This document shows positions 50,459 to 62,583 of a DNA stretch of 62,583 bases, piece by piece; within the stretch, counting starts at the first letter, position 1, and each line of letters opens with the position of its first letter. The position numbers and the translations under genes are program-made. The DNA is from Aplysia californica (lineage: Eukaryota), in assembly GCF_000002075.1 (NCBI RefSeq), contig NW_004797410.1:966203-1028785 (forward strand), given 5' to 3'. Under the pieces are notes generated by a model, which saw only the letters and a list, made by a program, of their open reading frames with translations, had not been told where the DNA came from and did no database searches.

Positions 50459-52948
50459 TTATCGCGGACAGCGGTGAACGTTAAATTTCACAACTCGCCA
50501 GCAGTAGATGATAGGGTTGACTACACAGCTGACCATTGGTCCTATAACAAATATGAAATTCTGGTTGTTTGACCAAAGACCTTCTCCTGGTTTTGTTCCG
50601 TTACAGAGGACGGAGAAGCCAATCATAGAGAAGTAGACTCCGACGGGGAGGTAACTGGCGCAGTGCCACAGGGCAATCAAGACTGTGATCAAATAGAGGC
50701 GTTTTCGGACAGGATCCACTTCTGTAACGACTCGGCTGTGTCGAGGTATGGGACTTCTTATGGAACGAGTCAAATTTTTCACATGCAAAGAACGCATTCT
50801 CATGTCTCTGCAGTTTAAAGGTGCCACAGAGGAGCTCAGGGTTTTCACATTGATTTTAGATTTATTTGAAGTATTGCTTCTGTGGAGTTTATGAGATGAA
50901 GAGGTTTGAAAACATGACTTTGTGTGAAAAGGATCGCCAAATCGGTCTTCGTCTTCTTCTTCTTCAGTTGCTGTTGGTATAGTTGAAGAGGAAATAGGAG
51001 GTGCCGAAGTTGTAGATTGTCGGATGGATTCCGTTAAATTTGGCTTGAATTTTAATTCCTTTGCTGCCGTTTTAAGGAAAGGATGATCTTGGCGAACATT
51101 TTCCTGGCTGCATGACGAACGATGTTGGTAACAAATGGAAACAGAAGAATGGTGTCCTTGTTTATCCTCTTGCTTGTTTGAATAGTTCATCTCCGTTGCT
51201 AATTTGGAAGTATATATTAAAGTTGAATTATGTTTACCCGAAGCCATGGAAGGCTTCGAGGTTTGATTATTTGTCGCAAATGAACACAAACAAACATCAC
51301 ATTGCTTTTTGCTTGCATATGTAGAACAAACTGAAGCTGTGTCCCAGGATACCCCTTCCGTTTTGGAAACAAAGTGCCGGGAGAAACAATGCTGATCTTT
51401 GTCCCCAGAAAAATGTAGAGAGGGAAATGGACTTGTCGTCCACTTCTGTAGACGCGCCAAAGGGCTGTTAGGTAGCGAGTAACTGATCTGGGTCGACAGC
51501 GCATTGCATTTACCCAAAACAGACTTTTTATTGCCCGTTAGTTCTAAAGTTTCTTGTGTCTTGCAGAGACTAGATCTATCCATATTTGACTCTTGCGGAT
51601 TCGTAGCTTGTTGTCGGCATGATCGAGTACTGCTATGTGTTTTGAAAGAACAGCTGTTTTCCTTGCAACATAGTTCCGTTGTACATTCTTCTCGTTCATA
51701 AAATCTGTCCAACCCATTAGATAATGTATCCTTTTCCACTGAAGCAGCCGAAGATCGCTTTTTGAAAAGGTTTCGTTGTTCTTGTTGGCTTGACACATCT
51801 TTGGACAATTCTGTGGGGCTTAGAAAGGGTAACGAATGTCGACGTACCTTATCAACCGACGGTGCAATATATTCATTTGAACTTGGTATTGCTGAAGTAT
51901 TTTCATTTTTTGTATCAACATAATGTGACGATTTGCATGTTCTAAAATCACTTTGGAAGAAACCCATTGATGAAGCCGAGTTTGACTCTTGGCTGTTATC
52001 AATGCTAAGGTTTGAACTGGTGTCGATGTTTCCCACTTCCACTAACACGGTGCCTTTCTGAACTGACGACGATTCTTGTTTGCTGAGCCGAACTCGGTCA
52101 TTGTACGGCATTATTTCATTTGTGAAACGACTGTGTACAAACGTTTGTTTTCCAGTATTTTGTTGTACTTTACAAGGGGACCATGTCTCCTCTGGAATTC
52201 CAAGTTGGCTTCCTAATTTAGAATCGCCTGCTGGAGTTTCTTTTCGTAACGGTGACTTATTGTCGCCTCCTGACACCGTGTTGTAATCTGGAAAGGTAAA
52301 GGTTGTGTCATAATCTGCCGCTGATGTAGTGCTGTTGAAAACTGCTGTGTCCAAGGATGACCGACATTTGTGCCTGGGGGCGACCCGTTTGGATAACTCT
52401 AGGGGAACATGAGCAGGAGGGGTAACCTGAATCTCTATTGAAGATATTTCGCTTCTCTTCTCCAACTTTTTAACAACACGGTTTTCAAGTCGTTTCCGAC
52501 GGAAACAGCATAGTAGGATAGACGTCGGCCTAAAGGATAAATCTCGCTTCTCTTTCGGCAATTTTCGTGTATCTAATCGAAATGCATTAAGACAGGTAAC
52601 AGATGAATTCGGTCTGAAGTTTTCTGTAGACTTCGTGAAAGCAGCAGGGGCGACAATCTTTCGTCTTCGCCTCACTGCTCTGGCAACGCTTACAGAAGTC
52701 ACGACGGTTATGACAACGCAGGATAAGATGGTGATAGCCACAAACAAAACTCCACTCGTGTTGAGAATGAAGACAAAGGTGCACATTCGACCTGGGTGGA
52801 ATCCTCCAATGAGAGTGCACACTGTAGCCAGCAAAGAAAGCAGCCATATGATGATCACCATGAGGCCAGCGACTTTGATGCTGGTCATTTTCTGGTACCT
52901 CAGCTTAAGGTGAACAGCTGCCCAGCGGTCCACGGAGAGGAGTGTAAT
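50459..52948 (-). CDS. GPCR coding exon 2 (DRW, TM4-7, giant ICL3)
   Basis: acag|ATT; 829 codons plus TAA within the 850-aa ORF 50459..53011. Confidence 0.9.
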   Translation of the reverse strand: MTLLSVDRWAAVHLKLRYQKMTSIKVAGLMVIIIWLLSLLATVCTLIGGFHPGRMCTFVFILNTSGVLFVAITILSCVVITVVTSVSVARAVRRRRKIVAPAAFTKSTENFRPNSSVTCLNAFRLDTRKLPKEKRDLSFRPTSILLCCFRRKRLENRVVKKLEKRSEISSIEIQVTPPAHVPLELSKRVAPRHKCRSSLDTAVFNSTTSAADYDTTFTFPDYNTVSGGDNKSPLRKETPAGDSKLGSQLGIPEETWSPCKVQQNTGKQTFVHSRFTNEIMPYNDRVRLSKQESSSVQKGTVLVEVGNIDTSSNLSIDNSQESNSASSMGFFQSDFRTCKSSHYVDTKNENTSAIPSSNEYIAPSVDKVRRHSLPFLSPTELSKDVSSQQEQRNLFKKRSSAASVEKDTLSNGLDRFYEREECTTELCCKENSCSFKTHSSTRSCRQQATNPQESNMDRSSLCKTQETLELTGNKKSVLGKCNALSTQISYSLPNSPLARLQKWTTSPFPSLHFSGDKDQHCFSRHFVSKTEGVSWDTASVCSTYASKKQCDVCLCSFATNNQTSKPSMASGKHNSTLIYTSKLATEMNYSNKQEDKQGHHSSVSICYQHRSSCSQENVRQDHPFLKTAAKELKFKPNLTESIRQSTTSAPPISSSTIPTATEEEEDEDRFGDPFHTKSCFQTSSSHKLHRSNTSNKSKINVKTLSSSVAPLNCRDMRMRSLHVKNLTRSIRSPIPRHSRVVTEVDPVRKRLYLITVLIALWHCASYLPVGVYFSMIGFSVLCNGTKPGEGLWSNNQNFIFVIGPMVSCVVNPIIYCWRVVKFNVHRCPR

Positions 52949-53226
52949 CTGTTTGGTGGAAAGACAACACGTAGGTGTTAAGTGGTTGAAATACTTACTT
53001 ACTCGTTTCATGACCAGGTTATTTGTCTGTCTAGCTGGCTGTCGTGTCTGTCTGGCTATCTGGCTGACTGACTAGCTGGCTGGCTAAATGTCTGTCTGTT
53101 TGTCTGTCTGCATTATGTCAGTCTATTCAATTATGTCTCTATCTAAATGTTGAAATACTTATTTTTTGTTTCATGTTTAGGTTATTTTTCTGTCTGTCAG
53201 TCTACGTGTCTTTCTGTACATGTGTC

Positions 53227-53281
<55 letters not shown>

Positions 53282-55895
53282 TGTCTGTCTGTCTATATTA
53301 TGTCAATCTATCCAATTATCGTCCTATTAAGCTACATGTCTCGCTATTGATCTAACCAGCTATGCAGCTGGCAAACAAGCTATTTATCTATTTAACCCTT
53401 TGTGGAGTCTTAATAATAGTTGGGCGAAGCAATAAACTAAGGAGTGACCGAGTTCTTAGTAAATTTATTAACTAGAGTCGAAAACGTACGAGAGTCCACT
53501 CGTTTTACTAAAATACTCTTTGAATTTGATTTCAGCGCTTCAATCTGTATTTCACTAAATTAATTTTATTAGGCTACCAGTCATACGCATCAGAATAGAT
53601 GGTGCCATTTTTTTCCGCGAGAGACAGTAAGAAATAATCATTATAACCGCAGTACATGGCATTTGACCAATGGACATAGACCTACGTTACTCTGATTAGC
53701 TGATTGTCAAAGTTTAAAGTCTTTACACTAGATTATTTTGTATACGGTACATGTTTGAAGCATTTGCGTAGTAGAAAGGGTCAATATTCATGGCTTGACG
53801 TCATTCGGTTTCGAAAGCGTTGGTCAGTTTCATTGAGCGTCGGAGGGCAAGCATCTAGTTTTATGACTTGATAGAACAAAAAGTCAGACAACGTTCACAC
53901 CCTGAAGCCTAAAATGTGGTAAATTTGAAAAAAAATGCTGAAAGCCTGATATTCCATAGATCGTATCCTAAGTATTGTATAAGGAAAAATTTCAGGACTA
54001 TACCTGTTGTTTTATTTACCACACACCCCCCCCCCCCCTCCCATATTGTATTGTTACTTTGGTCATTTGATATTGGAATTTACCACACAGCGGGCGTTAT
54101 AAGGATACTGCGAGACTGTTTTTCTGGTATAAAATTTTACACATATGCATTTATATTATATGTATAATACTTTGTTTTACGTACACATTTGTGTCGATTA
54201 ATTTTTAAGATGTGATGTCTTTTTCATTGTAATGCGCATTGAGCATCTTTTAGGAAATGGAAATGTGCAGTATAAATGCTATTTATTATTATTATTATAC
54301 GTTTTTGTTATTGTTGTTGTTTTTATTGTTGTTTTAAGTCCTTTATACTTTATTTTGTTTGCGCTCTTTTAGGTTGACATGTTAACGAAGAAAGACCCCC
54401 ATCCTCTCTACTGCCATTCTCTCGGAAATACTGTTCCCTGCGAAGAATTTGGAAGGGATAGATCTTAACCCGTACCCATCTCATTATGAAAAATATTTAA
54501 CTCTTATCGGTCACTGTTATCATTTTGAACCACGCGTATTTTGTTGGTGCNNNNNNNNNNNNNNNNNNNNNNNNNNNNNNNNNNNNNNNNNNNNNNNNNN
54601 NNNNNNNNNNNNNNNNNNNNNNNNNNNNNNNNNNNNNNNNNNNNNNNNNNNNNNNNNNNNNNNNNNNNNNNNNNNNNNNNNAATTATTTCATTTTGTTTT
54701 CCTTTTACTTCTTTGGAGGGGGGGTGTATTATTGTTTTCCTATAATATTTGTTGTCTGCTATTCTTTTTTTAAAATTGAGTGCATCTTTTTGTCTAGTAC
54801 AAATTCAGAATGTTGTGCAGCAATTGTGATGGCCTCAACTAATTTAGTTTCTTTTAAACGTGTATCGTTTTGGAAATACACAGGGAAGTTAAAATTCAGA
54901 TCTAAGTGGAGTTAAAGGTATTCTTATTCTTTGTAAAAACAAAGATTATACGTCTCTGATTATACATAAGACAAGAGGGCTTACTCCTTAAAGAGCATAG
55001 CGCGCTCGGCACTATAAGCGTCAAATCACAATAATAGTGCAGATGTTGCCGCCAAGAAGGTGAAAATGTTTGGTTTCGTTTTTCAAAATACAGATTCTTT
55101 TATAACTTTCCTTGAACCTGCTTTCCGTACATTGTATCGAATTAATACGCAACAATACACTCGGGCATTTGTAGATTTCACCTCCGGGGTTTGGGGGACT
55201 TATCTTAGTATCAGAAAGAGAAGAATGACCCATTGTATAGTTTGCAGTCTGTAATACATTTGTAGAACCCTATTCTTTTTATCATTGCAGGTATTTACTC
55301 CCCCATCGATACAATGTAGATAATTGCCTGGACCGTGAAGGATACAACGCCTGAGCAGAAAACCCTAGAAAGTCAATAAAAACTCTCTTTAAAAATACAC
55401 TTTGGTATAATTTCGAGATTTTATTCTCCTGGGTATTCGAAAGCATAAAAGACAATCATACCCGAGCTAGAAACAAACGCTCACCTGAAATGTTAGCAGG
55501 TAGTAAAGGAAGACAACGCAGCAGAAGTAGACGTAACACAGCGGGTTGTTAGTGACTCTGTACCAGGATATGACGTCAGCCATCAATAGATAGACCACCA
55601 GGAAGCAGATTTGGGTCATGCACATGTGCTGCATGTAAAGTTTGAATCCTCGTTTGAAGGTCATTTTTTTCTTTGCCAGGACCATCGTTGCTACGTTGAC
55701 GGCTATAGTTAAGATGTAGAAGATAAGCTTGGGTGCTAGAGGAACTCCGAAACCTGTCTTTAGGTTTATGGTAATAAACGTTCCGTTTCTAGTAGTGTTG
55801 CAAGCATTTGAAGAATTCAATCTATGTTGTGACTCCATGGAAACTGTCCGGGAGACACCAAGGAGAGTGTTGTTGCAGCCTGAAGTTAAAGACAT
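50459..55895 (-). CDS. Orphan rhodopsin-like (class A) GPCR with a giant ICL3, 2 coding exons, about 966 aa
   Basis: Exon 55895-55485 (N-glycosylation sequons NNT/NSS/NTT/NGT, TM1-TM3, CAG|gtgagc) joins in phase 0 to 52948-50459 (ITLLSVDRW, TM4 W, ECL2 Cys, TM5, about 660-aa loop, TM6 SYLP, TM7 NPIIY). An alternative start ATG is at 55838. Confidence 0.85.
53230..53292. repeat. (GT)n/(CTGT)n microsatellite
   Basis: Direct inspection. Confidence 0.95.
55485..55895 (-). CDS. GPCR coding exon 1 (N-terminus, TM1-3)
   Basis: 137 codons; polypyrimidine acceptor at 56139-56140 upstream; donor gtgagc. Confidence 0.82.
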
Positions 55896-57052
55896 TCTGT
55901 CTGCAAATTCAGTGACGGTCGATGCAAGTGATAGATTAGAGCTTTGTATCCGATACACATGGGTTCATGAAAAGTTCCTTTACCCAGGCTATTCGTTTTC
56001 TTTTATTCTCACAAGTTCCAAGTGAGAGATATAGCATTTGAGCATGTTTCGTATATTTCTTCTGGAATTTATGCTGACATTGTTAGTGCATAGGCATTTT
56101 GTAATGGGCATGAGTCTTGAGTAGAGGCAACCAATAGCCTGAGGAAAGAAAGAAAAAATGTTGTTGTATTAGTTCATGCAGAATGTATCCTAGACGTGTA
56201 AAACATGTTAACATGGGTGTTTTGAAGAGCATTGAAAGTCTTGATTTTGGGTATTTTAACTTTTTACTTTGAACTTGGAAAAGTACATTATTTTTACTGC
56301 TCTCGGGGCATACTATCTGGGCTTAAAATTTTAACTTTAATGTTCCCAACAAACTAAGTATGATTTCCACGTCAGTGTTAGAGAGGAGGAGAACGATAGG
56401 CTATAATCAGCGTGATGATTGTAGAGTGGTGAAGATTTTTACGCTCAGACGAAAACCTTTTTCTCATTGTTCTTAGCTTTTCCAGTAGTTGGACATTGCA
56501 TCCCGGAACTTTCTAAAATAAAATACTCCATCTCTAGCCATTCTGCTTGTCTGAGTTATTTTGGCTCCTAGCCTGGTCTCTATGTCTTAAAAGAGGACAA
56601 TAAAACTGTTGGTTTTTGGTGTGTTTTTGGTTGTTGGTTTTCTTTGTTGTTGTTGTTTGTTTGTTTTTGGAGGGGAGGGTAGTTATAGGCTAAACGGGCT
56701 CATCTGAACTCTTTGCATACGTTGGACCGGGGTATACTTTCAGCACCCTCAGCCCCAATCTCGTTTACAGATTTCCCCCTTAGGCAAAATGTAGGCGAAA
56801 GGCAATCAACTACATCGTCTAAAAAGTAACTAAAGGAAAATACACCGTTATTGTGAACTGATTTTTTTTTTAAACAACCAAACGAACAAACTAATAAAAA
56901 ACATAAAAAAATCAACATTTATTAATCAAGCCAAATCCTATAAACAAAACACCTTCTGTATCCTTCACAAGCCTATCGAAAAGATCCAAGTAACTTCTGA
57001 ACCACAACATGATAAGACGTTCTGTTCTAAATGAGAAAACTTGAAAATGAAA

Positions 57053-57450
57053 TTCAGTTGACTCCACTTAAATCGAAATCTGCAGAACAGACGAATTTTC
57101 TACGGGTTAGCTTTGTTTTCGGTTCAGACAGATGGGTCAAATAGAAATGACTGTCGACAGTGTGTAGAGCTGGGAATGCCTTGTTTGTGGCAAATTGTAC
57201 TTTTGGAAAGTTTATTTTTCTCACAATTTGCCACTTTCAGTAAATGCAATTTGAGCTGCTGGCTGTAAGCAGTGTGCCTTTTCATCGACATAATCAGCCA
57301 GCTTAATCTGCAGCACAAACAGAACATTCCAAAGAATAGATCGTCATACTTTCCTTCACACAGTTCTGTGCTCTGCGCTAGGTTAGAGAAGTGACAACGC
57401 CCAATGCCATTGACGTCATGAAACTCACCACGTTCCGGCACACAGACAAT
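57053..57450 (-). mobile_element. pogo/Tigger transposon relic (CENP-B-type HTH N-terminus)
   Basis: MSMKRHTAYSQQLKLHLLK...ICHKQGIPSST resembles the pogo transposase N-terminus; Tigger-like end cagttgactccactta at about 57053. Confidence 0.5.
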
Positions 57451-60400
57451 AGCCTATAACCAACAGAAGGGCATGCGACAGATGAGCATTCCCTATCTTT
57501 TCGCCACCAGGCCTATCCCGATGAACACATTACGTGTGTGTGTGATAAACATAAGAAAACAGTACACTGGCGATCTGGGTTGTCTGGTGACTTTGGTCTC
57601 TTTTATTATAATTAGTGAAACGTCAAAGTCACTCCACCTCCCATCCTCCCTAAAAAAGTAGAAGAAAAATGAACATAAAGAACAAAAGGATCAAACAAAA
57701 AAACAAACAAACCAACAATTACCTCCCCCCTCCCCCCAAAAAACACCAAAAAAACAACCAACCTAACAAACAATCAAACAAAAGCACCCGTACACAGTTT
57801 AGAACAAGATGAAAACTGCTACTGCTACTTGGAAAAAATGCATACGCCAAGAATAACGACGTCAGAACCAGCTTCACTGCCAGTGAAATCACACAAAGGT
57901 AAATAAACGACTCATGACTGCCCTCACCGATTTTTACTCCAAATGAAATCCTTCCAGTTTGTTGCAAAAAAATCTCATTAACGAGCAACCGATCAAGCTT
58001 GAGGTCGGTCGCCACTCGTGTGACAAATCAGTGATTTGCAAAGATTTCACAGGCTCAGATGGTATTACTTAGTCTGTCGGGTTCGGCTGCTCGTGGTCAC
58101 CTTATTGGAGACCAGAAGCCAATCGATGTGGTTGGGGGAAAGAGAGAGGAACAGAGGCCGACACTGGCACTGTCAGACACGAAGATAGTGGTGGCACCGA
58201 CGACTCTAAGTACTGTCTGCCTGTCTGTCTTGGCTTGATTGAAGAGAAGAGAGATTCTTCGGTGGCGTTCTTGGACTACGCCTCGTTGCGCAAAGAACTG
58301 AAACCGCTTTAGAAACCATAGACTCGAATATTATCATCTTGTTGCTGAGCAGGAATTTGCGCTTCGTTACCCTAGAATTACGAAGTTGTATCTACTCAGT
58401 ATCTAGTTTTTGAAAATTTCAAATTCTTTGAATATCTTGATAAAAACTGAATAATTCTAGGACTTTGACAGAGCAGGTAGAGCATTTGATTTCTGACCTC
58501 ATGGTCTTTGTAACTCAAAACGGCCAAGATTGTCAAATAAAACTTTGTAGTTCTAATTCTGAGGTAGCAAAAATACTGTCTATTATTATAATATAGTAGA
58601 CCGAGCACTGCCAGGACTGCCTCTCTTTCCTCTCTGTAAAAAATTCTCTGCGACGGCTGCTTACAATCGGTGCCCAAATAAAAGGCGAAACACGAACTTC
58701 ACCATAGTCGAGCGTGCGAGGCAAGTCTCCTCCCCCTACTTGCCCGTTATTTGGTTCCAAATTGAGTCAAATTGTGTGAACCCGATTTACATCAGAGTGC
58801 ATCGTTTAGGATATAAAAATCATGTCTATGTTATAAGCTCAGTTTCTTTCTTTTTTTTCATACCCTCTGTCTCGGTGAAACTCCATAACCACTACCAAGT
58901 GGAGAATCGCTATGTGCTGCAAGTTTAGCTCCCATACTCACACCCTAAGGGCAAGGGCATTTTCCATAAGGATCAACAGTCTACTTTTAGAGAATAATTT
59001 GGACTCATCGAAAGATGTAGGGGTTAAAGTATACCACGAATGCTAACACAATTGCTTTTCAAAACCAGTCAGTTCAGGTAATTAGAATCACCCAGGTTCC
59101 AACGATTTACGCTTGTAAAGGCGGACAGTGGAGACGAACATGATGTTCATAAATTTGGCCAGTGATTAAATTATGTCTTCTTACGCAGTTGAATGTTGAA
59201 ATACGGAGGTTCTCCATAACATCATAACTTTCATCTGATTGAGTTATTCTTGGAGAACAACTGATATGGTACTGGAAATAGACAAGCACGCTAGTGTGAC
59301 TTGTATTATTATTATGTATGACTGACTCTCTGGGGACTGCTACTGGTGACACCTTGTCCAGAACAGCAACGAAGATCAAAAGGCCTACTACTACTATGTT
59401 TTTGTCAATATACTGACCAATAACAACCTGTATGCCTTTGATTTACGACAGAAAAGTTAAATAATGGAAATAATCTAGCCCGCTAACGTGGGCGACAGTC
59501 GTGAACTTGATCTATCACGAGAAATTACTCAGTCGAATCCGATAAAAATTAATCTGTCTTAATTTTCTGGCTCTTGGGAAGCAGCTGTATGGAGCTAGGG
59601 GGGAGGGGACTCGAGGTGAAAAAGCAAAAGGGAAGGGGAGGTGGTTTAGTGTCTCGATTAGGATCAGAATTCGACTTGTATTTGTATCCTATGAATGTCG
59701 AACAGTTCGAACAAGAACACACAAATTGGGGCAGAATCTATTATCTATTTGTGGTGGCCGAATTTTGCTATTCAAAAGGCTTTTTAATGGCTGCACCGAT
59801 CGACAAACGGTTTCCGCCAAAAGATTCTTTAAAATATTCTCCAGATCATGACGCCCTTGGGTTTTTTTGTTTGTTTTTTTTTCAGTTTTGAGACGTTTTG
59901 CTGCAAAAAGCAAAATTTCTTTATTTCGCCATTCGCTTTTGTAGGCCGACGCTTCTGTCTCTGTAATTTTAGAAAATACGACAGGTTTGTTTATTTCAAG
60001 TCGTACTTCCGTTCGATACTATCGCGCATTGTCGCGCAATACTGAGCACTATTTTAAGTGAGCGACCCGTATAGATCTAGCCTCAAGTTGTTTTTTTGAC
60101 TTGGTGCTAAATTCGACTGTGATTCTTTTATTTGATGCCCATCATCGCTTTTTCTGGACTCCTTTGTCAAATTCAGTTGATGTTAATGCACCTATCATTC
60201 CTTTCATCGAAAGGGGGCCCAGCTAGTTGTTTTCTAAAAGTGTGTCGTATGTTGTAAGCGTGCACACTATGAATATACACAGATTCAGTATAATATATGC
60301 GCAGAAAGTCGCCCGCACAAAGATTTTCAGCGACTTGGTCCGCATTTTAGACCCCAAGTTGTCATACGATTCAAAATAAGACAAAGCGCAACAAACACAG

Positions 60401-61147
60401 TTAATTTTTTATGAAGAGAGTCCTGGACGATATGATATATCTATACACATGTTTATAAACTTCTGATACACTTTAATTATTTCACACAATTTTGCCGAGT
60501 CTAATTTGTTAAGGTTGATTTTGACTGACCATACGTCGGGCGACTCTAATCGAAGATGAAACATTAAAAGTTCGGATTATTCAGAATTTATTTAGCTTTA
60601 AATTGGTATGCTCCATGAGTGGATGGCTTTAACACGATAATTAGCTGAATACATTATCAAGTTTCTTTTGGATGCTGCTCTCTCTCTCTCTCTCTCTCTC
60701 TCTCTNNNNNNNNNNNNNNNNNNNNNNNNNNNNNNNNNNNNNNNNNNNNNNNNNNNNNNNNNNNNNNNNNNNNNNNNNNNNNNNNNNNNNNNNNNNNNNN
60801 NNNNNNNNNNNNNNNNNNNNNNNNNNNNNNNNNNNNNNNNNNNNNNNNNNNNNNNNNNNNNNNNNNNNNNNNNNNNNNNNNNNNNNNNNNNNNNNNNNNN
60901 NNNNNNNNNNNNNNNNNNNNNNNNNNNNGGAGGAGGGAGGGAGGGACATAGTTTTGGCCTTATTGCTTTCATATGTCTAAACCGAAGGCATTTTTTGGGT
61001 AACATTTCACTAAAACATATTCTTAGTCTTTGTGTTTTTAAACTTCCAAACTTATGACATCTTTATTACCGGTAAGGATTAACATTTGTTTTATCTATAA
61101 TTAAATGAAAGAAAGCATTTTGCACATGAAGCGATTTTTTTGTTTAA

Positions 61148-61388
61148 CCTTATCCGTACGACCTGGGGTCATGTTGTACCCCCGGGGTTGTATTTATCAC
61201 ATTTTAAAATACTTCTAGCACGAAGATCTCTTTGAAACTTTCAGTATTTAAAAAAAAATCATTTTGACAGACCACCATGCAAAGCGTACAGATCGGATTA
61301 ACGAGTAAATTTCCTCTTTGGAAAGTGGTGGCACAGAGTTTCCCCACCTCGTATGGATACGATAGTAAAACACGGCGTACGGATAGGG
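61148..61388. mobile_element. piggyBac-type (TTAA) MITE, copy 2
   Basis: TTAA flanks; TIR ccttatccgtacg / cgtacggataggg; homologous to 1235-1488. Confidence 0.8.
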
Positions 61389-61854
61389 TTAAGTCGCAAG
61401 GTTCAATCAGCTGTGATCTAATTTGATATCAAAATCCTATATTGAGGTCGATCTAGACTTGAGCTGTTGAGTGACGTCAGAGTATAACTATAACCTTTGA
61501 AAATAAAATAGCACTATGCTCACGTGATCAAAATTTCTCCATATTTGCCTTTGGAAATTCTTTGGATAATAGCAAAAAGAGCGCAGTAACTAACGAACGT
61601 GGCAAATTAAGATGTCTACCTATTATTCAATTTCTGATCGTTGGAGACAAACAATCATTATTTCGCTGCTTTGACAGTTTCGCACTCAGCCACAAAGTAT
61701 TTATCGGAAATTGTTTCAAAATCCGTGTACTTATTTTAGGGAAAAAATAGTTTTACCATTTCTGCACAATGTGCAATTAACGTAAGATCAGTATTCGACT
61801 GGAGTTTATAAATAACATTTGCATGATAAGGCAAAGTAATGGGTGAATGAATTT

Positions 61855-61868
61855 ATGAAGAGAGACAG

Positions 61869-61944
<76 letters not shown>

Positions 61945-61945
61945 A
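61855..61945. repeat. (GA)n / (GAAA)n microsatellite
   Basis: Direct inspection. Confidence 0.95.
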
Positions 61946-62583
61946 AGACACCATAGAGAAAGAAAGAGATACATGAAAAAAGAAGAAAAAAGGAAAGAAT
62001 AAAGAGAGAAAGAAAAAAAGAGAGAACAAAAAGGAAAAAAACAAGAAATACATTTTCAGGTTAGCCAGGCTATCCTTGCCAATGACAAGATTAAACTTTT
62101 CCGCCGGGTGCACTGCTCTCTTTTTTTCCCACCTTGTCCAGGCGTATTACCACCCTTCCCCTCCCCTAATTTAAAAAAACCGTCTCGTCGACCCCATCCC
62201 CCATTCCCTGCCCTCCCTATCCTCTCTCGTGGGTTATTCAAGCCGGGAGAGTCAGAGTGACCACGCCCAGTCCGTGATTTCTCAAGTGCTTTCTCTCTTT
62301 CGATATACATATACTCGTACAATGCACATGCACACTTGCTCACGCGCACACTTGCCCGCGGACACTACGTATGAAATCTGAAAGGGTCAGCGAGTACGTG
62401 CGCCACACACTTGACAGTCTATCTAGATTCATGAGTTTTTGCCAAGTGCTCATATATTTCTTTCAAGTGGCAGACAATACACTTTCCTACCAAACATCAA
62501 TCGCCATCATCCCTCCTTCTATCTAATTTTCTTTGTATGTTACTCTCTTTTAACACCCCCCCCCTTCGGCACTTATATGACCT

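Noticed and set aside
52949-53011. N-terminus MKRVSK... of the 850-aa ORF as a single-exon gene
   Set aside because: TM1-3 are missing from it; an acceptor at 52949 joins it to the upstream exon, so these codons are intronic

Overview
AT-rich, intron-containing animal genomic DNA with many N gaps next to microsatellites. The SINE/MITE content and gene types suggest a lophotrochozoan, probably a gastropod mollusc (inference). I rebuilt three spliced genes by hand, all with GT-AG introns and consistent phases. (1) On +, the last 7 exons (212-7311, 350 aa, 5' end outside the window) of a protein with a KY/hillarin-type Ig-like segment, helical repeats and a C-terminal domain matching the dynein heavy-chain microtubule-binding domain (MTBD), with no AAA motor after it. 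This is the best candidate for an undescribed system. (2) On -, a complete 8-coding-exon SLC17A9/VNUT-like MFS anion transporter (35493-28518, 402 aa) with stacked uORFs and probably a very long (about 12-14 kb) 3' UTR. (3) On -, a 2-coding-exon orphan rhodopsin-class GPCR (55895-50459, about 966 aa) with a third intracellular loop of about 660 aa and atypical motifs. Non-coding DNA holds modular tRNA-derived SINEs (CORE and Nin/Deu type), several MITEs (one nested pair with 6-bp TSDs), RTE-LINE and pogo/Tigger relics, a 22-bp minisatellite with an incipient 88-bp higher-order repeat, and a 1.68-kb duplication across a gap that is probably a haplotype assembly artefact.
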